Assembly: GCA_965216785.1 (NCBI GenBank)
Contig: OZ244197.1
Location: forward strand, 2,112,001-2,176,000
Direction of reading: 5' to 3'
DNA: 64,000 nucleotides
From: Thermodesulfobacteriota bacterium
GTDB lineage: Bacteria; Desulfobacterota_D; UBA1144; Nemesobacterales; UBA2774
The position numbers and the translations under genes were made by a program. Shown piece after piece: positions 10,400-19,618 of the stretch. How positions within the stretch are numbered: position 1 is the stretch's first letter; every line of letters begins with the position of its first letter. The notes beneath the pieces are model-generated. The model saw only the letters and a program-made list of their open reading frames with translations, made no database searches and was not told the origin of the DNA.

Positions 10400-10539
10400 C
10401 GTACTTTCCTTTGGGTAATACACACAAAAACTAACCGGCAATAATCGCAATGGTGGTTAGATATGCTAACTAACTTGCTATAATAAATATAGACGGTTAT
10501 AATAAATCCTGCTAAACCATTTCTACAACGGAGTCTCGA

Positions 10540-11145
10540 TTGGCTGAGCGCGGGCCTAAATTTATATTTGAAGGCAACGACGTTTGCCTCGATTTTATAA
10601 ATACCAAGGGAAGAAGTATTGACCTATTGGGGAATTGCGGTGATCTGGCGGATTGGCTGGCCGAAGCGGGCTGTATTGACCCCGGAACGGCGGAGCGGAT
10701 ACTTTCGGTAACTGATAGTGAAGGCGTTGAGATGCTAGAGAAGGTCAGGGAATTCCGTAGTAAGCTAAAGGATGTGGTTCGGGTGATTTCAGAGGGGAAG
10801 CCTTTGCGTCGATCGCTCATCGAGCCAGTCAACGAGATACTGAAGAAAGATAGTGCCTATTCGAACCTGATTCTGATTGACGGGAAACCAAGACTGATCT
10901 CTCATTGCTCATCCGCGATATTAGATCCCCGGCTGCCCATAGCGCAAGCCGCGGCTGAGCTGCTGACAAATAAAGACCACTCGCTTATAAGGAAATGCTC
11001 TAATCCTGAATGTGTTTTATATTTTTATGATGAGAGTAAGAACCACGCCCGCAGGTGGTGCAGTATGCAAAGGTGTGGCAACCGAATGAAAGCGGCCCTT
11101 CATTACAGGAGGAATAAGAGCGGGGGTTCGGCAGGCCCGGTATGA
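10540..11145 (+). CDS. ABATE/CGNR zinc-finger protein
   Basis: CLDFINT; CSNPEC...FYDES....RRWCSMQRCGNRMK. Confidence 0.92.
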   Translation: MAERGPKFIFEGNDVCLDFINTKGRSIDLLGNCGDLADWLAEAGCIDPGTAERILSVTDSEGVEMLEKVREFRSKLKDVVRVISEGKPLRRSLIEPVNEILKKDSAYSNLILIDGKPRLISHCSSAILDPRLPIAQAAAELLTNKDHSLIRKCSNPECVLYFYDESKNHARRWCSMQRCGNRMKAALHYRRNKSGGSAGPV

Positions 11146-11171
11146 ATCTTAAGCTTGGTTTTAACGCTGGC

Positions 11172-12050
11172 TTATGAAATCATTTCAAGCCACTCAGAGA
11201 CGGCGCGGCCAATCTCTTCCGGGCAGTCTTCCTGAATGAAGTGAATGCCAGCAACGGAGACTTCTTTTTGATTTTTCCAGGTGCGTACATAGTCTTTGAG
11301 CTCGCCCCTGAGGAGCGCTCCGGGTTTTGCCTCGATGAAGAGCTTTGGAAGATCGTTTACCGCCATCCAGTCGCTGTACTCCTTTACAATTAAAGCAACA
11401 TCCGCGGGCACACCGTCAAATGGTATCTCGCGCGGCCAGGTGAGAGTGGGGCGGCGGTCCTCTCCGGGAGTCTGGTAAGGGCGGCGGTATACCGCCATTT
11501 CATTATCTGTGAGCTTGCGCATGATGGCCCCCGGCAGTATGTTCTCAATAAAAAAATTATTCTTAAGTATGATCTCTTCGCCCGCGGGGGACCTGAATGC
11601 TTCGAATATGGGGCGCACTTCCTGGGGGAATTGTGACCAGTCCAGCGGCAGAACGAACGCTTCCATATAGGCAATGCCGCGGACCTTGTCCGGACTGCGC
11701 CTGGCCCAGTCAAACCCGAGCGCCGAGCCCCAGTCGTGGATGACGAGAGTGACATTTCTCTCGACCCCCAATGAATCTAGGAAGCCGTCAAGATATTCTC
11801 TGTGCTCCACCAGCCGGTAGCTACCGGGACCGGGATTGTCGAGCTTGTCGGAATCGCCCATGCCAATGAGGTCCGGGGCGATACACCTGCCCTGAGCGCT
11901 TAGGAGCGGCATTACGTTGCGCCAAAGGTATGATGATGTCGGGTTACCGTGCAGAAATACTATAGGGTCTCCTTCCCCCATCTCCACATAGGCCATGGCT
12001 TTCCCTTTGACCTGAACCTTTTTCTTGGGGTGCTCTGTTTCTGAAATCAT
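11172..12050 (-). CDS. dhaA: Haloalkane dehalogenase
   Basis: FLHGNPTSSYLWRN, IHDWGSALG, GIHFIQED. Confidence 0.9.
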   Translation of the reverse strand: MISETEHPKKKVQVKGKAMAYVEMGEGDPIVFLHGNPTSSYLWRNVMPLLSAQGRCIAPDLIGMGDSDKLDNPGPGSYRLVEHREYLDGFLDSLGVERNVTLVIHDWGSALGFDWARRSPDKVRGIAYMEAFVLPLDWSQFPQEVRPIFEAFRSPAGEEIILKNNFFIENILPGAIMRKLTDNEMAVYRRPYQTPGEDRRPTLTWPREIPFDGVPADVALIVKEYSDWMAVNDLPKLFIEAKPGALLRGELKDYVRTWKNQKEVSVAGIHFIQEDCPEEIGRAVSEWLEMIS

Positions 12051-12302
12051 AGTGCTTTTTGCCTCCAGACTGCCTCTCTTTGTGTTTATTGCTGAGATTA
12101 GCCTATAACACGGCGCATATCAATCATAAAATAAGCGACTTAAAGCGGGTTGTTCTGTTAGTATAGATGTTTAATACTAAGTGGGCGATGTAAATTATAT
12201 ACCTTATATTGTGCCCTATATTATTGACTTAAGGCTCTTAAAAGAGTAAAAATTTTATATGGATTCTCTTTTTATAGGTGGTTTTTAGACAGGCCCGGGC
12301 TA

Positions 12303-13097
12303 ATGTATAAAGAACTGAAAAAGAAAGTGCACCAGATTCTCGAGCCGCGTGATAAGGCTCCTTTGGCATCACAGATATTCGTCATATTCATTATGGCTTT
12401 GATTGTGCTCAATGTTATCGCGATTATTCTTGACACCGTCGAGAGCTTTCATTCCGTATACGGTCGTTTTTTCAGAGTGTTTAACTTTTTCTCGGTCATG
12501 GTATTTACGGTCGAGTATTTGCTTCGCGTATGGTCTTGTACCGAGGAAAAAAAGTACAGTAACCCCATTTGGGGGAGACTCCTTTTTATTGTCACCCCGC
12601 TCGCGCTGATTGACCTGATTGCGATACTGCCGTTTTACATACCGATGGTAACCAACGTTGACCTCAGGTTCTTAAGGGCGCTCCGCCTGTTCAGGATATT
12701 CAAGATGACCAGGTATTCCTCGAGGTTCAAGGTATTTATGGACGTCCTGAGGGATAAGAGGGAGGAGATATTAATATCTCTTATGCTCGTGATAGTACTT
12801 CTTATTATCTCGGCGAGCCTTATGTATTACGCGGAAAATAAAGTACAGCCTGAGGAGTTTTCGAACATACCAGAGGCCATGTGGTGGGCTGTGGTCACGC
12901 TTACCACCGTTGGGTACGGTGAAGTGATACCCGCTACCTCATTCGGAAGGGTGCTTGCGGGATGTGTGGCTGTGCTTGGAATATCTCTCTTCGCTATCCC
13001 CGCAGGTATTATCGCTTCAGGGTTTGTAGAGCAGTTTCAGAAAAGGCACAGGAAAAAAGCGGATTACTGCCCGCACTGCGGTAAGCCGATTGAGTAG
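12303..13097 (+). CDS. 6-TM voltage-gated-type potassium channel
   Basis: S4-like RFLRALRLFRIFK; TTVGYG filter. Confidence 0.92.
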   Translation: MYKELKKKVHQILEPRDKAPLASQIFVIFIMALIVLNVIAIILDTVESFHSVYGRFFRVFNFFSVMVFTVEYLLRVWSCTEEKKYSNPIWGRLLFIVTPLALIDLIAILPFYIPMVTNVDLRFLRALRLFRIFKMTRYSSRFKVFMDVLRDKREEILISLMLVIVLLIISASLMYYAENKVQPEEFSNIPEAMWWAVVTLTTVGYGEVIPATSFGRVLAGCVAVLGISLFAIPAGIIASGFVEQFQKRHRKKADYCPHCGKPIE

Positions 13098-13101
13098 ATA
13101 T

Positions 13102-13126
13102 AAAAAAGGGAGCCGAAGCTCCCTTT
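13102..13126. terminator. Bidirectional terminator; same hairpin at 14364-14389
   Basis: AAAAAAGGGAGC-CGAA-GCTCCCTTT. Confidence 0.85.
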
Positions 13127-13163
13127 GATGTATTTGATTTGTACTGTTTAAGTTAGTCTCTGG

Positions 13164-14222
13164 TTAAGCCGTTACCTTTCTTCTTCGGAGAGCTAGTAAT
13201 CCGATTATTCCCAGCACACCTGCCATGGCTATCAGTCCCCATTCCGAGAGGGTAGGTATGGGGTTAGGCTGGAGAAGCTCCAGTGCCAGTCCGTAGGGGT
13301 TGGTCAAGTTGGACAGCTCAACCCGCACATCAGAGCCGTCGAACCTGGCGCTTCGGATCTCCCCGCGCCCGTAATCGGTCCACCAGATTCGCTGACTGAT
13401 CGGGTCGATTTCGATGTCCCAGTAACCGGTGCTGGGATCGTTTATGAGCTGTGTCTCAACGTTGTTCACAATGTCATAGGAGAAGAGCGCCCCCCCTGTT
13501 CCAGGCGACCGGAAATCGTGTGAGGTTAAGAAGATTGTCTGGGTAACCGGATCGAGCGCGTAGCCCCGACCTCGCCCGTCGACGTGGGGTGTCAGCTGAG
13601 TTTGCGCCACCCCGGCGGTGGTCATCCTGTTCACTGACCCGTCCGGGGGAGTTGACATGACGCCGACGTCGCCCCAGTAGATTAAGTTATTTACTAAGTC
13701 GACTGCAATACCCGAGTAAAACCATCCCGGCCCGACGCCATTTCCTGAGAGAAAGATCGTGTAGTTACCGCCGGTATAATCCACGACGGAAACCTCGCGG
13801 CCATCGTAGCTTACCGCCCTTGTGAAGTAGATGAGTTGATTGGCCTGATCCAACGCTAGCTGGTGCACCGCGTCCCCCGTATTAAATACGGTCGCAAGAC
13901 CGGTCCCGTCACTGTTAACCTGATTTATCGAGCCACCACCCCCAACGCGAATGGGCCCCCAGTCGGCGAAATACAGAATGCCCGTGTTAGTGTCAAGATC
14001 GACGTCCTGGAGACGTGAAAAGTTTTGCGCCAGAACCTGGGTCGCACCGTTGCGCAGATTGGTTACCGAAAGCGTAGCGTTGTCCCGGTCGGTCCAGAAG
14101 ACCCTCTTTACGGCTGCCGTTGCACTCTGGGTCGCCAGCAAGGTTCCCGCAAGCACAGCGATAACAACTAGCAGTTTACAGATAACCTTATAACCAGGTA
14201 TTTTGCTCAGCTTATTTGCCAT
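13164..14222 (-). CDS. IPTL-CTERM surface protein with YWTD-like beta-propeller
   Basis: FWTD/YFAD/YWGD/WWTD repeats; IPTLSEWGLI..TM..RRRK tail. Confidence 0.85.
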   Translation of the reverse strand: MANKLSKIPGYKVICKLLVVIAVLAGTLLATQSATAAVKRVFWTDRDNATLSVTNLRNGATQVLAQNFSRLQDVDLDTNTGILYFADWGPIRVGGGGSINQVNSDGTGLATVFNTGDAVHQLALDQANQLIYFTRAVSYDGREVSVVDYTGGNYTIFLSGNGVGPGWFYSGIAVDLVNNLIYWGDVGVMSTPPDGSVNRMTTAGVAQTQLTPHVDGRGRGYALDPVTQTIFLTSHDFRSPGTGGALFSYDIVNNVETQLINDPSTGYWDIEIDPISQRIWWTDYGRGEIRSARFDGSDVRVELSNLTNPYGLALELLQPNPIPTLSEWGLIAMAGVLGIIGLLALRRRKVTA

Positions 14223-14412
14223 CTGCTCTGTCCTCCTAAATAAGAAATTGTGGGTCTTATTATACTATAAGTAGAAAGAAACTAATAGTTGTACGCTATT
14301 GTTGTCCTGTACCCCTTTTGTCAAGCTCGGGTTAAGTTGGAGTTATTAATAGTAAATCCAAGCAAAAAAGGGAGCCGAAGCTCCCTTTTAGGTTATTTTT
14401 AATGCTTGTAAG

Positions 14413-15477
14413 CTATGCGAATATCTTTTTTCTGCGAGCCGCTAAAATACCCGCTATTCCTAAAATTCCAGCCATGGTTAAGAGCCCCCATTCTGACAGC
14501 GTTGGGATGGGGCGTGTAACTCTAACAGGTTGTAGGTCACATACGAAAAGTTCAAACTCGTTCCATTCATAAAGCAAGTTATTAATAGTGATTGAACCTT
14601 CTTCCGGATCCATGGCAAATATCTGAGAACATAGAAAGCCAGCCGCTTCCTCCGGCACGTCCATTTCGAATACCAGGGTATCATAGCCGTCCCCGCCGGA
14701 AATAATGCCCAGTATTTCAGCCCCTGTGCCAACTTTGACTGTGTCATTATCATCATGGGCATTGATAGCCTCTCTATTAGCCGCGTTTCTTCCATCAATG
14801 GTCGCATTACTTATAGATATAAGGTCATCATCTTCGTCAGTACGAATAGGCTGATCGATAGGTTCTGTTTGAGTAATTCTGCCGCCGGTTATGATTATAG
14901 TTTCATTACCTTCGTTTGTTTGAAGGCCGCCATCATCACATGTAAGCTCACCGCCGTTTATATATATCTCATCACTCCCATCCCTAGTATTTATACATTC
15001 GTCACTAGCTGTAATTATTCCATCGTCAATTGTAATCTTTGCTGCTCCCGGGTTAGAGTTTCTGACGCCGTGCTCGCACAGTAAGCTGCCTTTTACCATA
15101 TGGAACTCATCATTGCCGGACCCGAGCTCTATACAATCGGTGCCCGGATCGTTTCCGGATACAGTGCCTCCATTCATTTGAACCTTGTCGTCACCGTCGC
15201 GAGTATGTACAACTTCATCTCCTCCGGCTGAAATGTCCGAGCCGTCCTGAATAGTTACGTCATCAGCCAGGTCGGTTGTCTCAAGCCCATTGTTGTCGGT
15301 CCCGCTGCAACTCACTATCTCACCGCCAGAGGGTGTCATGCCTGTCACAACGCACTGGGCATATGCAGATTGACCGACAAGAAAAAATGATATTGAAAGA
15401 ATAATTGCTACTGCAAAAAGGTTAGATGTTTTAGGGTAAGACAATAGTACTCTAAAAAGAGTATTTATAGATTTCAT
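14413..15477 (-). CDS. IPTL-CTERM surface protein with Gly/Asp-rich beta-roll repeats (paralogue of 40389)
   Basis: G.D.I.I.GG repeats; IPTLSEWG tail; AAGGAGG RBS before MKSIN. Confidence 0.85.
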   Translation of the reverse strand: MKSINTLFRVLLSYPKTSNLFAVAIILSISFFLVGQSAYAQCVVTGMTPSGGEIVSCSGTDNNGLETTDLADDVTIQDGSDISAGGDEVVHTRDGDDKVQMNGGTVSGNDPGTDCIELGSGNDEFHMVKGSLLCEHGVRNSNPGAAKITIDDGIITASDECINTRDGSDEIYINGGELTCDDGGLQTNEGNETIIITGGRITQTEPIDQPIRTDEDDDLISISNATIDGRNAANREAINAHDDNDTVKVGTGAEILGIISGGDGYDTLVFEMDVPEEAAGFLCSQIFAMDPEEGSITINNLLYEWNEFELFVCDLQPVRVTRPIPTLSEWGLLTMAGILGIAGILAARRKKIFA

Positions 15478-15593
15478 CTGTGCTATCCTCCTTAAGGAAT
15501 GAATGCTTAACAAAATCTTACTATACATTAATCATTATTAATAGGGATTAGAGGAATTTCAAGTATATATAGTTCACCCTTATGACAGGCTCA

Positions 15594-16286
15594 GGGTGAG
15601 CGGGTTAAAATAACGCAAAGATTGTTTGAGGTTGCTTCGCTTTGCTCGCAATGACGGTAATAAAAAGCTCAAAAGCCGGGCAGGTGTTAACCGCTCGGCT
15701 TTTGAGTTAGAGGAGGATGGATGATTGGCGTATTTATTTACTTTCAACGCGCTCTCACTCATTAAGACTGAGGAGCCGAGTTGTTAAGCTTCTGCACGAC
15801 AAAAGAGTCAGCAGCGCTTGATGCCACGTGTCCGCCCTTACTGTCTTTATCTGAGCTAAGGGTCTGGATTACAAGCGTGTCGCTTGCTCCGGTGGCTACG
15901 TAGCCGCCTCTGATATTGTCGCTAACTTCGTTTGATTCTACCGGAACACTTACACCAAAAGCGTTAATCTCTGCCTGTGAAGCAACCGGAAAACTAAGAC
16001 CTACTGCTAAGATTGATGCTAAAAGTAACTTTGTCATTTTACTGCCTCCTTAACTGTGTTTGTCTAGTTAGTTGCAACTGCAACGAGAAAGGATTCAAAA
16101 ATTGTACGGGGATTTTGGAAATAATGGCTAATAATGTTGTAAGTGCCTCTAAATACAGAGGTATTATTTTTTTGGGGAAAGAAAAAAGATTTGGATTCCC
16201 GATTAAGACTTTCGGGAATGACCATATTATCTCCCCCACCTCAATCCTCCCCCGTCAAGGGGGAGGAAGCTAGTGTATCACCCTTC
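15594..16286. repeat. ~700 bp segmental duplication, copy 2
   Basis: Matches 3746-4447. Confidence 0.95.
15762..16037 (-). CDS. Small secreted protein (near-identical to 3924-4199)
   Basis: Same length; differences confined to the first internal repeat and linker. Confidence 0.85.
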   Translation of the reverse strand: MTKLLLASILAVGLSFPVASQAEINAFGVSVPVESNEVSDNIRGGYVATGASDTLVIQTLSSDKDSKGGHVASSAADSFVVQKLNNSAPQS

Positions 16287-17336
16287 GTCTTCGGGGTCGA
16301 ATTCGGGGTCTGGCGTGTCGGGCATCAAGTGAGCGTACTGGGCTTGCATGTCCTGATTCATGAAGGTTACTATCTTTTTAACAGCCATTGTCATCGGAAC
16401 GCCGAGGATGGCTCCTACAGCGCCAAGTACCCATCCCCAGAAAAGCAGGGATAAGAAAACAAGGAGCACAGACATATTGAACTCCTGGCCCAGATAGCGG
16501 GGTTTTATGACGTTATCGATAATGGAATTTATGACCACATAACCTACTATGACCAAGACGCTGTGTATCCAGCCGAACTCAATTAGAGCGATCAGGGCCG
16601 GGGGCAAGAGGCTCAATATGAACCCTAAATTTGGTATGAAGCTGAAGAAGAAGGATAGGAACGCCCAGATGACGGCAAAATCAACGCCTAGTATTAAGAG
16701 CAGTATGAAATTGCACACTGCCGCCATAAGACCTGTGACCGCGTTTATGGATACGTATTTTTTAAGATCGTTAGATATGTAGCTGAACCTGTTTTGCCAC
16801 GAGTCCTCGTCAAATTCGCCCTTGTCCGCTTTGATCGTTAGGTTAGCGATCTCGATGAGTATGAATATCATAAGGATTAGGACAAAGAATACGTTTCCGA
16901 GTGTTGAGAACAGGTTCTCTATAAAGCCTGTACCGAATGTGATGATCTTATCGGGGCTGAACATGTCGAGCTGCTTTATATCTCCAATTTTGATCCCGTG
17001 CGCTGCCAGTGTTTCGAGCGAGGACTGGTAGAGCTCTGTAATACGGGTCTGGTATTCGGGGGCTTTGTCGGCCATGTTGTTGCCGGCCACTCCCAGAACT
17101 GCCGAGAGCCCCGCCGCGACTATGAGCACTACGAGTATGGTAGCGATAAGCGATATGGCCTTGGGCCAGCCTCTCTTGATCTGCCATATGAGAATGGGCG
17201 AGATACTTACGGCCAGAAGGAGCGCCACTAGGAAAATATTCAGAACGGAGGCGATCTCGCGCATGCCCGCTACAATAACTACTATCGACGCCGCGGCCAG
17301 CAGCGGGTGGATTTTGTGTTTGTGTTCGGTTCTCAT
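16278..17336 (-). CDS. AI-2E family transporter
   Basis: Multi-TM; FIPNLG, N.IKP...G, FWGWVLG.VGAILGVP. Confidence 0.9.
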   Translation of the reverse strand: MRTEHKHKIHPLLAAASIVVIVAGMREIASVLNIFLVALLLAVSISPILIWQIKRGWPKAISLIATILVVLIVAAGLSAVLGVAGNNMADKAPEYQTRITELYQSSLETLAAHGIKIGDIKQLDMFSPDKIITFGTGFIENLFSTLGNVFFVLILMIFILIEIANLTIKADKGEFDEDSWQNRFSYISNDLKKYVSINAVTGLMAAVCNFILLLILGVDFAVIWAFLSFFFSFIPNLGFILSLLPPALIALIEFGWIHSVLVIVGYVVINSIIDNVIKPRYLGQEFNMSVLLVFLSLLFWGWVLGAVGAILGVPMTMAVKKIVTFMNQDMQAQYAHLMPDTPDPEFDPEDEG

Positions 17337-17532
17337 ACTAAGTTTCTTTAAGCTCCACTCTTAACGGCCTTATCGTAGCACAATATTAGAGGAAATTAAA
17401 CCTGCGGGGCCGTTTTCGCGCCCAGGTACTACTCAAGTAATTCTACATCCGGTTCTGTATCCGTGGGTCCTCTAATTGCCCAAAGTGCCGGGCTTTACGA
17501 ACCCTTAATGATATTTCGGGTATCATTCGGGT

Positions 17533-19137
17533 ATGGCTAATTCGACTGAGCCTTCGGGAAGAGTTGCTTTGGGCGCGGTAGAGATCGAGAAGAAATCAAA
17601 AAAAGTTACGGGCCGCTGGGTTCTTACCGCAACCATACTGGGGGCGAGCATGGCCTATATCGACGGCACCGCTATAAACGTCGCTCTCCCGGCCCTGCAG
17701 GAGCATTTAGGCGCTTCACTGGTGGACGTTCAGTGGGTAATCGAGGCTTACTCGCTGTTTCTTGCCTCGCTCATACTCGTGGGAGGGGCGCTCGGGGACC
17801 GCTACGGCAGAAAGCTCATATACGGGATCGGCATTGTGCTGTTCGCCTGCTCTTCCATACTGTGCGGCATAGCGGAGGACGTGGGTCAGCTGATACTGTT
17901 CCGGGCCGTACAGGGCGTGGGCGGAGCGCTTCTGATTCCTGGGAGCCTGGCGATTATCACGGTGTATTTCGATGAGTCGGAGCGGGGAAGGGCTATAGGC
18001 ACGTGGTCTGCTTTCTCCGCGATTACCACGGCGCTCGGACCGGTGCTCGGCGGATGGCTGATCGAGAACGTTTCCTGGAGATGGATATTCTTCATTAACA
18101 TCCCGATTGCCGTCATAGTGGTGACGATACTTTTCCTCAGAGTGCCCGAGAGCAGAGGGGAGACGGCCAACTGCAAGATAGATTACTTTGGCGCGGTGCT
18201 CGCGACGCTCGGGCTCGGCGGGCTGGTATACGGTTTTATAGAGTCCTCTAACCTTGGGTTCGGTAGCCCCTTTGTCTACGGCTCGATAGCACTGGGCGCG
18301 GCCGCTCTGGTTGCGTTCATAGTTGTCGAAGGTATTGTGGACGCGCCGATGATGCCGCTTAAGATTTACAGATCTAATACGTTCAGCGGCGCTAACTTAG
18401 TTACGCTTCTTGTATATTTTGCACTCGGAGGCGGGTTCTTTTTTATGCCCTTTGCCCTAATACAGGTTTTCGGTTACACAGCTACCCAAGCTGGCGCCGC
18501 GTTTTTGCCGATTATTGCCGCTCTGTTTTTTCTCTCTCGCTGGTCAGGGAACCTTACCGACCGTTACGGACCGAGAATTCCTATTATTGTGGGCTCTGTC
18601 ATAGGCGCCGCGGGCTATGTGCTGACAATACTCTACGGCAGGGAAGGGAACTATTTTCTGACATTTTTCCCCGGGATACTGGTGGTCGGTATCGGCCTGG
18701 GTGTGAGTGTTACCCCGCTTACTACGGCTGTAATGAACGCAGTTGGAGTGAGCCTCTCGGGAACTGCTTCCGGGGTGAACAATACTGTATCCAGAGTCGC
18801 GAGCCTGCTGGCGATCGCGGTGCTGGGTATCGTAATACTCCATACTTTCAACGCCCATCTGGACGCTTCGATGGACGCAGGCTCGGTGCCCGAAGCGGCG
18901 CGGAGCGCAATTGACAGCGAGCGCATAAATATGGCCGCCGCCCAGGTGCCTGTGATAGTGGGTGAGGAAATGAAGACGGCTCTTGAAGAAATGATAAAGC
19001 AGTCCTACATCAAAGGATTTCACATGGTGCTTTACGTAGCGGCTGCTCTATCGCTGCTGGGCGCTCTGCTGGCGTGGCTTACGATCGGGGGCAGGGAGCC
19101 CGACGCTCTGATTGAAGCTGAAAAGTGCGAGACGTAA
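17533..19137 (+). CDS. DHA2-family 14-TM MFS efflux transporter
   Basis: DGTAINVALP, GDRYGRK, WRWIFFINIP. Confidence 0.92.
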   Translation: MANSTEPSGRVALGAVEIEKKSKKVTGRWVLTATILGASMAYIDGTAINVALPALQEHLGASLVDVQWVIEAYSLFLASLILVGGALGDRYGRKLIYGIGIVLFACSSILCGIAEDVGQLILFRAVQGVGGALLIPGSLAIITVYFDESERGRAIGTWSAFSAITTALGPVLGGWLIENVSWRWIFFINIPIAVIVVTILFLRVPESRGETANCKIDYFGAVLATLGLGGLVYGFIESSNLGFGSPFVYGSIALGAAALVAFIVVEGIVDAPMMPLKIYRSNTFSGANLVTLLVYFALGGGFFFMPFALIQVFGYTATQAGAAFLPIIAALFFLSRWSGNLTDRYGPRIPIIVGSVIGAAGYVLTILYGREGNYFLTFFPGILVVGIGLGVSVTPLTTAVMNAVGVSLSGTASGVNNTVSRVASLLAIAVLGIVILHTFNAHLDASMDAGSVPEAARSAIDSERINMAAAQVPVIVGEEMKTALEEMIKQSYIKGFHMVLYVAAALSLLGALLAWLTIGGREPDALIEAEKCET

Positions 19138-19208
19138 CGCGCGGCTCTATCGCGCCGTGGTATTATAAATAAACCGGAGTGAGCCGGAATAAATTTCAGG
19201 GGGATAAT

Positions 19209-19589
19209 ATGACAGACGTGGATAATGACAAAGTAAAACAGGAAGTGCTGGAGAGAAGCGGTAAGTTCATCGCAAGCTTTAACGACGGGGATGTGGACGC
19301 GTGCATAGGGGCTTATAAGAGCGACGCCGTTATGAACGCCAAGCCCTTCGGGACTTTTACGGGTATAGAGGAGATTGACGCGTTTTGGAGGCCTTTTATG
19401 GCTACAGGCCCGGGGGAGCTTGAGTACAGTAACGTCGAGCTTGATGTTATTGACCAGAATACAGTACACCTGTCGGCTGACTGGAAAATGAATGTTGGCA
19501 GAGGGATTATCACCAAAGAAAGGTGGGTCAGGATGCCCGAGGGCTGGTTCCTTGAGCAGGACGACTTTGAGCTGCAGGAGCAGTTCTAG
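19209..19589 (+). CDS. SnoaL/NTF2-like protein
   Basis: F..SFN.GD.D.....Y..DA pattern; GGGGG RBS before ATG 19209. Confidence 0.75.
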   Translation: MTDVDNDKVKQEVLERSGKFIASFNDGDVDACIGAYKSDAVMNAKPFGTFTGIEEIDAFWRPFMATGPGELEYSNVELDVIDQNTVHLSADWKMNVGRGIITKERWVRMPEGWFLEQDDFELQEQF

Positions 19590-19618
19590 GCGTCTTCTGA
19601 GGTTGTAGCTTTATTCAT

